Source of the DNA: Trichoplax adhaerens
Lineage: Eukaryota > Animalia > Placozoa
Assembly (NCBI RefSeq): GCF_000150275.1
Contig: NW_002060944.1
Coordinates: forward strand, 3,662,123-3,726,122
Direction of reading: 5' to 3'
Length of the DNA stretch: 64,000 nt
Below the pieces are notes generated by a model. That model was not told the origin of the DNA. It ran no database searches and saw only the letters and a list, made by a program, of their open reading frames with translations. Both the position numbers and the translations under genes were made by a program. Below are positions 23,901-37,627 of the stretch, one piece after another. Position 1 is the first letter of the stretch, and every line of letters starts with the position of its first letter.

Positions 23901-24325
23901 GTCCTGAAGGTCCCCCAGTGAGAGGGATGAATCCTCCCCGAGGGCCTCGTATGCCAGCAGATCACTTAGATAGGCCTCCATTTGAAGATGAATATGGTTC
24001 TTATCCAAACGAGGAATTTGCATCCATTGGGCCGGCTCCAGTACCAAGCCATCGAGGTAGAGGTGGACACCACCCACGGGGTCGAGGGCGCCGAGGAGGA
24101 CGAGGAGGCCGAGGCGGAGGAGATGCAGGAGGTACGAAAACTGCTCCGTATTACTTACGTTAGCGTGCAGTAACATTCCAACTATAGTTTTTAGCGAGTT
24201 CGATAATGATTTTAATTCTTCTAACAGAAAATAGGGTTTGTCGCCATTTTATAAAGAAAGGCCACTGCCGTTATGGGAATGAATGCTCCTTCCTTCATCC
24301 TGGTGTCAATAGTCCATATTTATAG
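20981..24325 (+). CDS. PPP1R10: PP1 nuclear targeting subunit PNUTS (PPP1R10), ~12 exons
   Basis: Spliced N-terminal TFIIS-N-like region (ASGGDPRALLNALSSML…LMKDATQTMSQCVYLDILRA…FVTAGGWEVLNKWL…VLKYLPVSVNILKQ), SFMDAL motif, PP1-binding RVxW (KKKRVTWASE, ~22980), Gly/Pro/Arg-rich RGG region (23800-24130) and terminal CCCH zinc finger exon 24228-24325 (RVCRHFIKKGHCRYGNECSFLHPG). Confidence 0.93.
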
Positions 24326-27300
24326 CACAAGCGGAGAGTCGTTTGACAAATATTTAGTCTATTATTAGAAAATAATTTATTTGAAAGTACTGTTTTGTAG
24401 GTAACTCCTGAAATTCGTAATGAGGTCAATGATATTTACTTGTCATCTTCACGGTAAATGTATAATTTATTATGTGAATACTATTGGTTAGAAAACGTCA
24501 TAGACATTGGTTGCTGAATGTTTTGTGGTTATTTGTAATAGATTGAGCGTGACTTTTTAAAATGATTCTTTAAGTGAAACGATAAACAATCTAAGAGAAG
24601 AATTATATTTTCGAATTGTACTGTACATATCACATACAACAAAATAACTATTATTTTGATTATGAAATGATGTACTGGTCTCCTGGTACTATATGGTGTC
24701 TGTTTGATAAAATAAGAGAATGACTACCAAAGAATGTAACAAATGCAATGACTTATTGTTTCCTTTGAAAGATAAATCATGGAAACTAATTTATAATGAT
24801 AAAAATGTTTTATCGCCTTTCTTGCGAATGAATTTGTGCTTAAGAACCGGCCTAAGAGCTAACTAATATGAACGATGGCGCCAACAATGAGCTATAACTT
24901 GAACGTCTACCGCATTTTTTTTATGGATTACGTAACGAGATAATACCGCTTGTGTAACTATAATAAAAGTAACAGCAGCATTTTGCCGCAGCACTCACTT
25001 ACGTCCATGCTTTAATTACGAAGAACACTATAAAAGTAAGTAAATATGCATACGAATATGCATATTCACGTAGAAGTCACACATTAATCGTGCAGTCTAT
25101 GTTTTTGATCGCAGTAAAATTCATAACTTCCAACTACAAGCATTGCTGTCATAGTTCATTAACGCATGTTGTACTCACGATCAAAAGCGATCAACGTTAA
25201 CAAGACTCAATACACAAGTACTGTATATAGCGCATACAGCAATGTACAACATAATTAAAACTGTAGCATTTTTTCGTTAAATAGCCAATTAATCACGGTA
25301 ACTTCTAATACGTTTCTCGGTGGGATATCAAACATAGCTTGTATTCAATCACAGCAGTTATGATAAAGTTTACTTTTCAGTCTTTACTTCATAAAGAGCA
25401 CATGATTTGCAATTACGTATGATAATAATATGTAATATTGATACAATAATTTACGAATGACAATTAAATCTTCCATTATTCTCATAAACTATCACGTTTA
25501 GTAAAAATCTAATTTTAAGATAAATTTTAATATGGTTAAGGCCATATCAGTTGTGCGTGCAAATTTATTTTTATATACGAACTTGATAGATACATCAATA
25601 CAAAATTGCATTGTCATTATCTTTATTAGCTAATATCTCACTCTTTGTAGCAATTACATGATGTAAACTACATCTATCCATAGAATAAAGATATTTTGTA
25701 CAATATACTACAAGATTCCTCTTAAAAAATCTCCCTACATGTTACAAAGTGTTAGATACACTAACACCTAACATTGTCAGCTATTACTAGCTAAGCTATT
25801 TTATTCCTTAGTTACAGAAATGCACACTGGACCCTCTATGTATAAAATAATAACACGAAGCGCCAATGCTAGCGCTAAAGAAAACATAAGAAGCTTAATA
25901 CTAATAAATCATCTAAACGTGAATTATATCCCTCCTCATATTCTGCTTAGAATTTCATCTGTAGTGTAAAATTCGTATTGAACAGATAAATAATTCATAA
26001 TATAATATTAATATTTTAATCCAAGACGTTAGTTATACATCATCCTTTAGTGAATGCATAATTAACGCAAAATATCACGCTACTTAATCCTTTGGCTATA
26101 ATCGGGCCAGTATTTTATTATTTTCACCTATACGGACTATGCCACTAATGGCCCGCTATAGCTAGAAATTATCACAACGGCTAGCTATTCTATGTGTCAG
26201 CTTGACCTAGTAATTTCAAGAATGTACATTTATACATCCTAAAAGGTAGCATTTTCTTACACTCTAGAGCTGCGTGACCTATCTTACTGCCGTTTTACGC
26301 TGTGACAGCGTTTATACCCACAACACTTTTAAATTTTATTCCTCAGCAGACAGAATTGAAATTAGTTCTTTTAATATCTCAATTTGAACACGATTGGCCA
26401 TGCATTGTTATCTGTTATATACAGTAGCTTGGCCGTAACAACCATACTAGGCTGTTAAGCAGCGCCATCTATGCTAAATTACTGATGTAAAAAGACTTAA
26501 ATAAAATTATATAAAATAAAATTTCAATAAGCATATCGAGATTCCATTCACGAATCTATTTAATGCATAAGTAATAATATATAGGACAAGGTATTTCAAT
26601 TAAAATAAGCCAAAATCGAGCTAATCCATCTTTTCTGCATAAGCGTACTTCAGCAACGATAACTAGTTGGGTTAAAATAAAATACAGAAATAATTACTTA
26701 ATGGTACCTCTCTAATTTCTAACGATTCTACTAATTCATCAGTGAATAATCTTACAACGTAACGAATATCAACTAATGGCCTTCATTTATGGTTTACTTT
26801 TCAGAACAAGCAACCATAGCCAAGTTATAATAAGGTGTAGAAGGTGGCGATCGATGTTAACCGTAGTGTCACCGTTAGCGACAATTAAAAAATTGTAAAC
26901 TTGCCCAAATAAAGACAGCATAGATTTATTATCGGTACAGTATAAGAGACAAGAAAAACAAGTCAATTACAACGAAAAAACAACAACAATAATAACAATA
27001 ACAACTCAATCTGGATAACTAGCTTAGCGCAAAGAAAGCGCTCATTTTCAATTTCTAATTTCTATCAAAACAAAAATTAGACACTAGACAGAAAAGATTT
27101 ACAGTATTAGCCAAAATATGGAGCTAGAAGTTGCTCTTGGAACTAAAACTCATTTCAGTAAATGTCTCGCAAGTGTAATCGGAAATTTTGGGTGTAATAC
27201 GTACTGCAAAAATTAAACATTTTACAGTATATCGCCATCAATAATTGATTATTATAGCACAACCTCAAGTTGAAGGTAGTTTAGTACTAATTAAAAATTT

Positions 27301-30300
27301 TTCTTGCAGTGACGATAATCACTGTTGCTGAAGAAAAATGTTTTACACAAGTGAATACCTTAAAAGTATGATGTCCCATGCATAAAATCCGGAACTAAAC
27401 TTATCCGTTTGCTGCAAAAAATTACTATTGCGTGCATTGTAATTGTAAATTTTAAAAGCAATGATGGCACCGATGCTGGAGTTAAAGCTATATTTAGTCA
27501 TCGTAAGAATCTTTGTATCTTAGCTTGATCAGAAACTCACTAATATAGCATTTAAACCTTAAGAAAGATTACTAGACAATGTTTCCATTAAGCAAAAAGT
27601 AGAAGCTGTGTAACAGCTTTGATGACCAAACGTATTATTATAGCGAGACATGCTAACATGTACACTCTTGTTTACTCCGTAACACCTACCAAAAGGAAAA
27701 CGTTAAGCCCTTTTCGAGCTGCAAGTTGATAGAAATGCAATTGTCTTATTGCCGTAGCATAAAGTAACTAAATGCATCGTAATTGGTCCAACTACCCAAT
27801 ATTACTTCCACCAACTGTTGTTTGTGAAATTTGCCTCGGAACAGAATCAGTATCGGACACAAAAGTTTCCTAAATACTGTACAAATCAAGATTGATTATC
27901 GACAGTTATTGATCGAAATAATTGCAACCCCAACAACACGTGCTAGATATTAGTAGTGCGGTCAAAAGTGATAATTTTATCTTATGACAGCCATTGGATG
28001 TTGCTGTAGGAGCGCCGCCTACCCTATATAATAATTGTTATCCATTACAATTGATTTTCATTCAGTAGCCTATACATATCTATTATAGACAATGAATAGA
28101 TCAAAATCAACAAACATCCAATAATAAAAGTTCATACAGCGTATAATATTGCTTTTCTTTTATTACATTTGATATCTGCATGAGATATAGGGCATTGCAA
28201 AGCAGGCAATGTAGACTGATTGTTGGCCAAGAAGTTATCATAAAACATGTATCTCATTAACCTACTGGACATCGAGCCATAGATATATTTATATTATTGC
28301 CGTAATTGAGCTCAGGAAAACTAATTACTTTCATTCTATGCTGTACACCAAGTAAAGATGAAGCTTTAATCCTAATATAAATTTTTCATCCTTAAAATCA
28401 AAGAATGGATAAAAGGTAAGGAAAGTATAATTAATCACAGAATTGCACATTCCACATTTTCATTCTTGTGATTTCTAATTTAGTAACTAAGTAGCTACAA
28501 TATTCAGGGAATATGCTTATCTGTTGTATGAGCTCTTATTAAGCATCGCTATTTCTCTAAATTGTTCCCATTTTATCTTAAAGTTAATAGAATGATATCT
28601 TATACGGTACACTATATAGTCCGTTAAGTGTTAAAATGGCACAGATATATCGTAAATTCTTTGGACAATAATTCTTTTGTCACTGTAAGGAAAAACACTT
28701 CTATAAGTTATATAGTAAATTGGCCATGCAGATCCTACACGAGTAGAAATAAATCTACAATATGTTTAGAATAATGAAAATATTTAATATACTGAAAGAC
28801 GCATATAAAAACTAGACGATGAAGTGAAGCATATTAGCGATCTTTTAAAATCAAATTTTTTTGACTTTTGCGCTACGGTACTATAATTGTTCATATTTTG
28901 ACCTCAAATAATCAGCTATTATCGGATCTTTTAAGATTACCAAATAATCGTAAATAAAGTAGAAGATAATTTACCATCTATCGATTTACGCTAGAAAGCA
29001 CTTGCGCTGTATCTGTTATCACTTAATTTTGAACAGTTCTGTTGATACTATCGCTAGTAAATGCGCTAACTGCATAGTCTACAGTAATAGCCCATACAAA
29101 AGATTATAACTCCAGCTTGCCATATCAATTACACGTCCTGCTATCAAGTACAGAGGTTTGATAGCAAAGTAATTAATTATTTTACTATATGCCGTATCTA
29201 AGGCATAGAAATAAAATAATCGTAAATTAACAATAGTCCAAGTTAAGATTGATCTTGTTCACAAATACTTCAGTTTACTACGCGTGTACGGGTTATGACT
29301 AGCTAAAGAGATTAATACAGTATATCCGTAAAACAGAGCCGCAATATAGAGCAAAAGATATTAGCGTAGGTTTATGTAATGGAGATTCAAACAATATTCA
29401 TAAAAGAAACCTCACTACAAAATCATTATTCAATAATTATATCATCAGACCACTCAGAGAAGACTCCATCATTGCAGTAACCTAAATTAACATTAATTTA
29501 ACTGTTATATATTATTATGACAGCATAGATTACAGTTCAGTACGTAAGAGAAATAGATACTTTCTTTACTGTTCACCATTATGGCCTTCAGGGTAATCAT
29601 TTTTATGCTATTTGATTTAAAAGCAGTGCATAAAAGCGATATGGTTAATTATTATTTTTTAAATTTCAATTCTCTGATTAAAATCCTGCATGCTAAAGGG
29701 TATAATTCTAAATTTGTGCCGACCTGTGAGCATTTAAACTATATATATATATCTCGTATGAGCATGTTGAAACATCCTGGGTAGCTTACTGAACTACTGC
29801 AATTTTAGACTATTTCCAATCATTGCTGGCGTCGAGCTTATAATACCCTCGTGGGCAATATGTATGAATAAATTTATTAAGTGGTAAGAAAATACACAAG
29901 AATAAGCAATGGGAAAGTAAAATTAAACTGAAATGCATTCAGAATCGGTCGATTACGAGTAATAAACGAAAATTATCGATATCAATAATTACAATTCTAG
30001 GATCATGAGTATTGCACATTGCAATATACTGCCATAATCAGATTAATTGGGCACAGTAAGGCGATTGCACTCTATAAAAAATTAGGATATACTGTATATG
30101 TATTTTACGAGAATTCATTGTAAAGTTATGACACGGTAGTATGTACGCTATATACAGTATTAATTGTTCGTGTGAATATACACACAGGAGCAATGTAACT
30201 AAATAGTTACATCTGTTAGACACAAGCTCAACCATAGGTATCATTTGGGGGCATCATATCCATAGAGTGTCAGTAATATATGAACTAAAAAAACAGCAGA

Positions 30301-32043
30301 GTAACGACTATTGGTAATAACTAATGTTATCCTCTCATATAAGACTAAAATTATTAAAATCACATTTACTGTATAACACAAGTTAACTGCAGCATACTGT
30401 AAGGCAGAAATTATGAGTTAGATTGCACTTCTTCAAGACATTATACTGTACAATTTTACATCCGATATATGGATGAAATGTCAAATTTACCAAAGAAGGC
30501 CCAAATTAATGGACGTTATATGCAGTCGAATAATGAATTCAAGAAAATACTATATATGCTATTCAGGTATCAATAGCTACCCACGTATTTAATGTCTACA
30601 GTACATAATAATCATCTAAGATTAATCGCTAACTTCAGCCCGACTAATAAAGATTGCCATTAAATTTTATTTTTTCCTGGAGAAATCAGTCTACTATAAT
30701 ATTTATGATTTACGACGATTTTAATAGTTTTATATATAGCGATATCGATTAATAAACCTTCATGGACACATTGTACTAACTCAAATGGTATCTATTCCTC
30801 CAACGCAAAATGATCTATCTATCAACTGAATGCAATAATACATAATTTTACCTTTTACTGTATTAGCTATAGAAACTATTATAATACAGCATTATAGTGG
30901 ACGACCCCATTTTGTATGGAATATTGCCAAGTACAGTAGGCTTGCAATTGTCTTCTAGTAGTCAGCTATTCTTCTCTCCTTCTCTCTATGCATTGATGCT
31001 CATCATCTTTATTCTATCATCTCCATTGACGACTATTATTCTTATATATTAACAGTATTAATTATTAGTACGCATTCAAAGTCATGATGAATCACCTTTA
31101 CCCCTCCCTCCAACCTACCTTTCATTTCCACCGACAAAACCCTATATCAATCTATTGTCAAAATTTTACTCTATTCTATTTTTAAGTTGAAGAATTGGAT
31201 CATCATCACTTCCTTCTATGCTGACATGATCGTTGGACTGTATATTTTTTTATTTTTTTTTAAATAGTCAATCGAAGTAATATATTGATATCGATGACAA
31301 GTATTATTTTTTGACATCATCAAAATTATATTTATCTACTGTATAATACATACTTAACTGTAAATACAATAAGTGTTCAATTCATCGTCGTTTTTTTTTT
31401 TCTATTCCATTACTATAATTTGGAAAGTTTTATTCTCATTGCAGCCGTATGCATGATTGTATCATCCTGTCTATGGGCCATTACACAATCTATTGAATGT
31501 ACATATATGTGTATTTTGCTGTCCACACATTATCGAGATTTGTCTCCTTTTTCTTTACCATCCTATTTTCCGTGGCGGCTGTTTCTTTTGTATTCATCAA
31601 TCTATCGACAACCATACTATATTTTCTTATTTAATCTAGTTGCTAAACTAAGTAACTGTGTTACCATCAGCTACAGTGCTGGTGTAGTTGAGAAGTAATC
31701 AGCATTAAAGAAAGCTACCCGATTGATATCATAAAAATTAGCCAACAGCCAACTTTACGAACAGTTAGATTGCTATGCTTCCATCGCCATCATCTAATCT
31801 TATAATTCTGTTGTAATATTAAAAAAGTTCTTATGAATGATTTAAAATCTCAACTATACAACCTAGACAGAGATCACAGATTACCGGTCTCCTTTCATAG
31901 GTTTTGGTAAAAACGAGCAGAAATTGCAGAAGAACCCATCTAAAAGAGATCAAGAAGATTATTCACTGCAGATTATTACTTTTTGGACAACGTTAGTTAT
32001 CCGGTCATAAAGCTTGGCAAACTGGTAAATTATTATTTTATCC

Positions 32044-35000
32044 ATGACTTCTACTATGGCATCAGGTAAGAGCAATATCTTGAAAATGTTGAAAATTATT
32101 TTTAGGCTATGTAAAAGAAATAGGACATTGATGAACTAATTAAAAATCATTCGATAAGATCGAAAAGATTTAATCATACATCGCTATCTATTTACCAAAT
32201 CGATTCAACATTAAAGCATCTATTACATCATTACGATTAGCTCAGTTTGTAGATGAATGGATATTATTGACGTATTGCATCTATGCAGTTAAAAGAATTT
32301 AGTTTACAGATGAGCTCAAAAGGCTACATCAACTGTCTGCCTTCTAAGGCGTTTAGTGTTAAATCATAGCTGAGGATTATCCATACATAGATTACATCTA
32401 GATCACAGTTTTGACCTCTAATTTTTCACGTCAGGATCTTGCTACTTTCCATTTACATCTCAGAATCAATTGTTGCACCCTTTCTACATGTTATCAATGT
32501 ATACACAAGCTGTAGACACTATTCTTCTATCAATAATTGCGATTAGTCAAATATACTTACTAGGAATAATGTACTACCAAGTTTTAAAGTTATACTACTG
32601 CTCTAGAATTAATTTTAATCCGTCTTTCTCATTTAAAAATCGTAAATAATTACTTGTTCTATCTGACCGGATGATTTTGTTTGGCTATTTCTCAATACTG
32701 TATTAAAACTCAGCTATAACTTATTCTATTTCTGTTATAGTTGACAATCGTACTGCTATGCCACACTCTTTATTAGCAATTAAGCAGAAGTGCACTGGCT
32801 GCAATCAACTCATTCAAGATAAATTTCTATTAAAAGTAGCCGACGATTTATGGCATGAAGATTGCCTAAGATGTTATAAATGTACTCAGCCGTTGTCTAA
32901 AAGTTGTTATATCAAGGATCACAAGTTATACTGTAAAGAAGACTACGATAAGTAAGAAACTTTGCTGTAATGAACAATGCACACAATTTTAGTCAAATAA
33001 GGTATTTAATGTAGGTTTGAACGATTTTTATGGTAAGGAATCGTACGATGACCATCATCTATCGTTGTTCAATATTTTTCTAGTCTTATAATAGTATAGT
33101 TTAGTAGCTACAGATTTTGAAAGGTTAGGACATTGTACGATTGTCATTACAACATTTTAACATGCTCCTCGAGTGTGGAGCCACTTTTATGCCAGGGTAT
33201 TCATATTAGTCAGTCCACCATTATATAAAATGGAAAATCTTGATTTCGTCTTCAACTTTTTTGTATTATTGCCTTTTGTTAGGGCTATAATAGTGATTAT
33301 TGTTATTGGAGTTTTTCCCTCACTTTAAAGATATGCCAACCCCTCTAAGTATCATAAAAACGAAGTTGATTAAAAATTTAGGCATCAATTTTTAATTTCG
33401 TGCATTCCAGTGGTGCATTATGGAAAAGTTGAGTTTTTTAATAGTAGTAGTGCAGTCACGTAATCGCCAGTTGAGGCGATTACTTAACGATTGGTTAATG
33501 GAATAAATTAAGGTAATGTACTCTTAGTTTAAAGCTAATATCTTACTGCTTGTATTTACAATCTCTGTAGCGCTGCTGTCGTGACATGATCAATTTGGTA
33601 AATTGCTAAATGTTCCATTCAGAATATACCTTTACGTAACAACCTCTCTCATCCTTATCTTTATGAACTATATCACATATAATCTATAAATATAGATTCA
33701 CATAACGCTATCAATAATAAAATAGCTAATGGAAGTACATGCAATTGAGACGATAAATAGGAGTATATCTAAAGCACTTGTTTTGGATTGCGTGGAATTA
33801 CTGTATATCATGTAAATCAAAAATAAAAATTAATATGACGATTCAGAAGTTTTAAGTATTTAGTTTTAGTTATTAAATAGGCGAATACAGTAAATTTTCC
33901 TGATATGAGAATTTTGAAATAATATTTCAACAGCAACGTATAGAAGTATCAGAAAGTGCTCTACATGAGCATTTTTATGTCCAATGATAATGTAATTTAT
34001 ATATATATATATATATACTGCTGCCTAAACAATAAGATATTTTCTGTTTGTGATCAATACTACAGTAATGATTATAAAGTATTGAGAAAGGTAAAATCTC
34101 ATCAATCATACCACGTCTCTCATATAGATCTTGATAATTAACATTACTGAACCGGCGATAAAAGCATATTTTCTAAGCTAATTTTTCACTATTTATTTTG
34201 GTTAACTCAATGATCACTCTAACAACTACATATCAATAATGGTGTAATGTATAGTTTCCTAATAAGTGGATGTCCTGTAGTAATTTTTAGGAAGTCCAAT
34301 TCTATAATATATTATCTAAGTATTATAAAGAATAACTCACTATTTACTAGGTACATAATGGCTATGTCATGGTAACTAACTCACTTCTAGATGTTGATAT
34401 GCATACACAGACATCGAATAGACTTCTTATGACGAGGTTGATATTTCCTAAATTATTTTAGTCCATTTTGCTTCCTTTCAATTCGTTTTCATTCATTTTT
34501 CAATATACTTCCATCATCGATCATGGTTGCTCTTGTTGGCAAGATAATACAGTTTCACTATTCTAGTTAGATAGAACATTACTATACCAACGTACAGTAT
34601 GCTTGCTATTAACAATTCTTTTAAATAACTTCTTTTATCCGTTTCATTGGTTGTCTTTTTATTGTTCCATTTACTGGTAAGCCATTGACGACAACTACAC
34701 TACATTCTACATTGATCAACCTTTTCGAAAGGAGGTGCAAATTTGATCATCTGCATCACTTATACTTTTAAAATTATCAAAACATACAATATCTATATTT
34801 CATCAAACACGTAGATATCGATAATAGGATAATTATGCCTACCTACTGAAAGAAAACTATCGATCAGTTTTTATTGTGTACTTAAAACATTAAGAACATA
34901 ATACTATGGTTCCTAGATCGTTCTTACAATATTCATCGTTATATTAAAACTGGCTGCTTTTACGGGCATTACAATATGTGACAATACTCGCTAGTATGGA

Positions 35001-36902
35001 ATTGCAATATTGATCGCAATTACCTTCTTCGTTATCGTCATCATCATTTACAGCTTATTTATTTTTGCTCACAAATAAAGGTAACTCTTAAAATTTATTT
35101 AAGTTTCGAAACTGAATCATTAGCATCGTCAATATGAAATCATGTAAGCCATTAGTGATCCCTTCAAACTATAAAATTGACTATTTCAAATAGCATATGC
35201 TAAAACAAATATAAAACCAACTTAGCTTTAGTTTATCTAATATTCTAATAGTGATATCGCTTAAATTTTGTCACGCGATGAAATTAACACCCCTGCTTAA
35301 GCCTGAATCTTCATATCATCACTTGCGTCTCCTATCTATTTTTTAATATAAACCAATAACCGATAATTCTAATTAGCCGTAACAAACGGATCATAATAAG
35401 ACTCCAATATTTTAATTTTGTCGTCTGGGATAATAATGTACTTATTATAATTATTGGACATATAATGTAATAATTTATTAGATCTACTGGAGGAGAATAA
35501 TACCAGACAAATTAGTAGGGTATAAAAAAATACTGTGGCTAGTGTACATTGAAATATTCAGTCAGTGTTTACTGAAACGATTATAAATCATCTAGCTACC
35601 CCATTCACTGTAAACCACAATTAATTGGAGAGGCGATGGTCTACTCCAGGTGATATTTAAATTTAGCCTTTCAATTCATTCTCTTTATCATTTCCATTTC
35701 ATAATCTACATAAATATATTTACTTTGACAGATTACTGGTCTATTTGGCAACATCTTGTCAAGTAGACTATTTAACAATATCTGTCAATCTTTTAAATTC
35801 AATATCGTAGCCATCATTAGTGATTCAGAAACATTCAACCAGAAAATTGAAATAAGACTTAAAGCAATTCAATTAATACTGTCTATTATCGGTATTCAGA
35901 CAGCTACAGTTATTTCTTCATTGAAACGATAAACATTCTCCATCCTGCAATACCTGTTCTGTATATTGAAAATGGATAGGATGATGGAACAATGATAGCA
36001 TATTCTAAGAATTTGCATATATTCCTACAGTATTACGTAATAATGAAAGATTTTGTCGATAGAAACGAACCGTAATTGATGAAAGTTAGTAAAATTCTAA
36101 TCATTTATTTATATAACCACTTTCGAGACCATCCTTAACGTATAATCTTATTGCTATTTTCCTTATTCTATAAGCAACTCAGTCTGGAAACCTTTTTTAG
36201 TAATTTACCCACTTAGTCCTCACAGTATCCCCTGATATGTTTCTCTATCAATGAAATTCGTTTTGAATTTACGCCATAAACTACAAAATTACTCACAGAC
36301 GTTGTTACAAGATTATAGAATAACTTATTCACGTCTAAAATATTAGGTTGAAATTATTGTTTCCATTTCACTGTAGAAGCAAATCATTTAAGCATTACCG
36401 TTCATGCCATATAATTGAATTTGTTAATTTTAACATCAGCTAAAAGCTATTCCTTGAAAATGAGCGAGCAATAATACTCTAATTTACTATTTTAAGGTTA
36501 TTTTTTCCTTGCTTGTAATACACGTTTCAAATTATCGAATATTGCACTGTAGGCTGTTTGGTACTCGATGCGATGGCTGTGGTCGCATTATTGCTTCGAA
36601 GCAAGAATTAGTCATGAAAGCTCTCAAGAAAGTTTATCATGTTACATGTTTTTTCTGCCAAATTTGTAAACGACAACTTAAGCGTGGTGATGAATATATA
36701 TTAAAAGATACAAAGTTGTATTGTAGAGCTGATTATGACAAAATTACCAATCCCTCCTTTGCTAACGTAGCATGGAATGAAGAAGACATAGGTATGTTAA
36801 AGAATGGTCAACGTAGCATCGATAGAAAGTCTATAGAATGGGTTGCCATCATTGATTAATATTTTTATATTAGTAAATGCTGATTTATCGCTGGCTATAT
36901 TA

Positions 36903-36933
<31 letters not shown>

Positions 36934-37627
36934 GTTCTCCATCAATGGATAATAAAAGGAAAACAGATAGTTACGAAGACCAATCCAATAATGCCAAAAG
37001 GCAAAGAACTGTATTAAACCCTCAACAGAGAAAATTATTCCATGATTCTTTTGAGAAAAGTTCTAAACCTGGCAAAGAGGTTACTTTACATTAAACGAGC
37101 ACAGTAACTTAATAATTGGTCCGCCTAGTTTAGTAGTCAAGGTTCAGACCATTTTGCTTGATATGCTTCTTACCTTCGCTCCAATAGGTTAGAGATGAAT
37201 TATCACGTAAAACAGGACTAAGCGCTCGAGTAGTTCAAGTCTGGTTTCAAAATCAACGAGCAAAAGTAAATAGCCTGTATTGCAATTTCAGAATTTAGTT
37301 ATCATGACTGTATTATTATAACATTACCTGTCAATTCCTGTAGTTGAAAAAAGAAAATCAGGAAACGAAAGGAACTAGAAGTCATAAAGGATATCGAAAA
37401 TATTCTTATCGTGATGAAAATTCCAGTCAAAGTAGGTGTCTTAAATTAGAGTATCATAAAGGATCTGAGGCCCCTTAGTAAACTATTGCAGGCATACAGT
37501 ATGATATTTTTTATCGTTGTTGTAGTAATACTATTGCTGTATTTCTCCTAATACCAATTTACTAGGTGACATGAAAGATTCCGATAGCTCAGACGCTGGA
37601 GAATATTCAGGAAATAAACAAGACTAG
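32044..37627 (+). CDS. Lmx: LIM homeobox transcription factor, Lmx subfamily
   Basis: Exons 32044-32065 (MTSTMAS), 32741-32951 (LIM1), 36553-36791 (LIM2), 36874-37079, 37188-37265, ~37344-37431 and ~37566-37627. The homeodomain [58 protein letters not shown] matches Lmx1 signatures ([20 protein letters not shown]). Confidence 0.92.
36903..36932 (+). repeat. (GAA)n microsatellite encoding poly-Glu in the Lmx LIM2-homeodomain linker
   Basis: gaagaagaagaagaagaagaagaggaagaa = E10. Confidence 0.8.

Noticed and set aside
23646-24176. 176-aa minus-strand ORF and other overlapping ORFs
   Set aside because: Antisense to the GC-rich RGG exon of PNUTS, with no independent signature.
33460-33483. 9-bp-stem hairpin gtaatcgcc-agttga-ggcgattac in Lmx intron 2
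   Set aside because: Short enough to occur by chance in 64 kb, with no supporting context.
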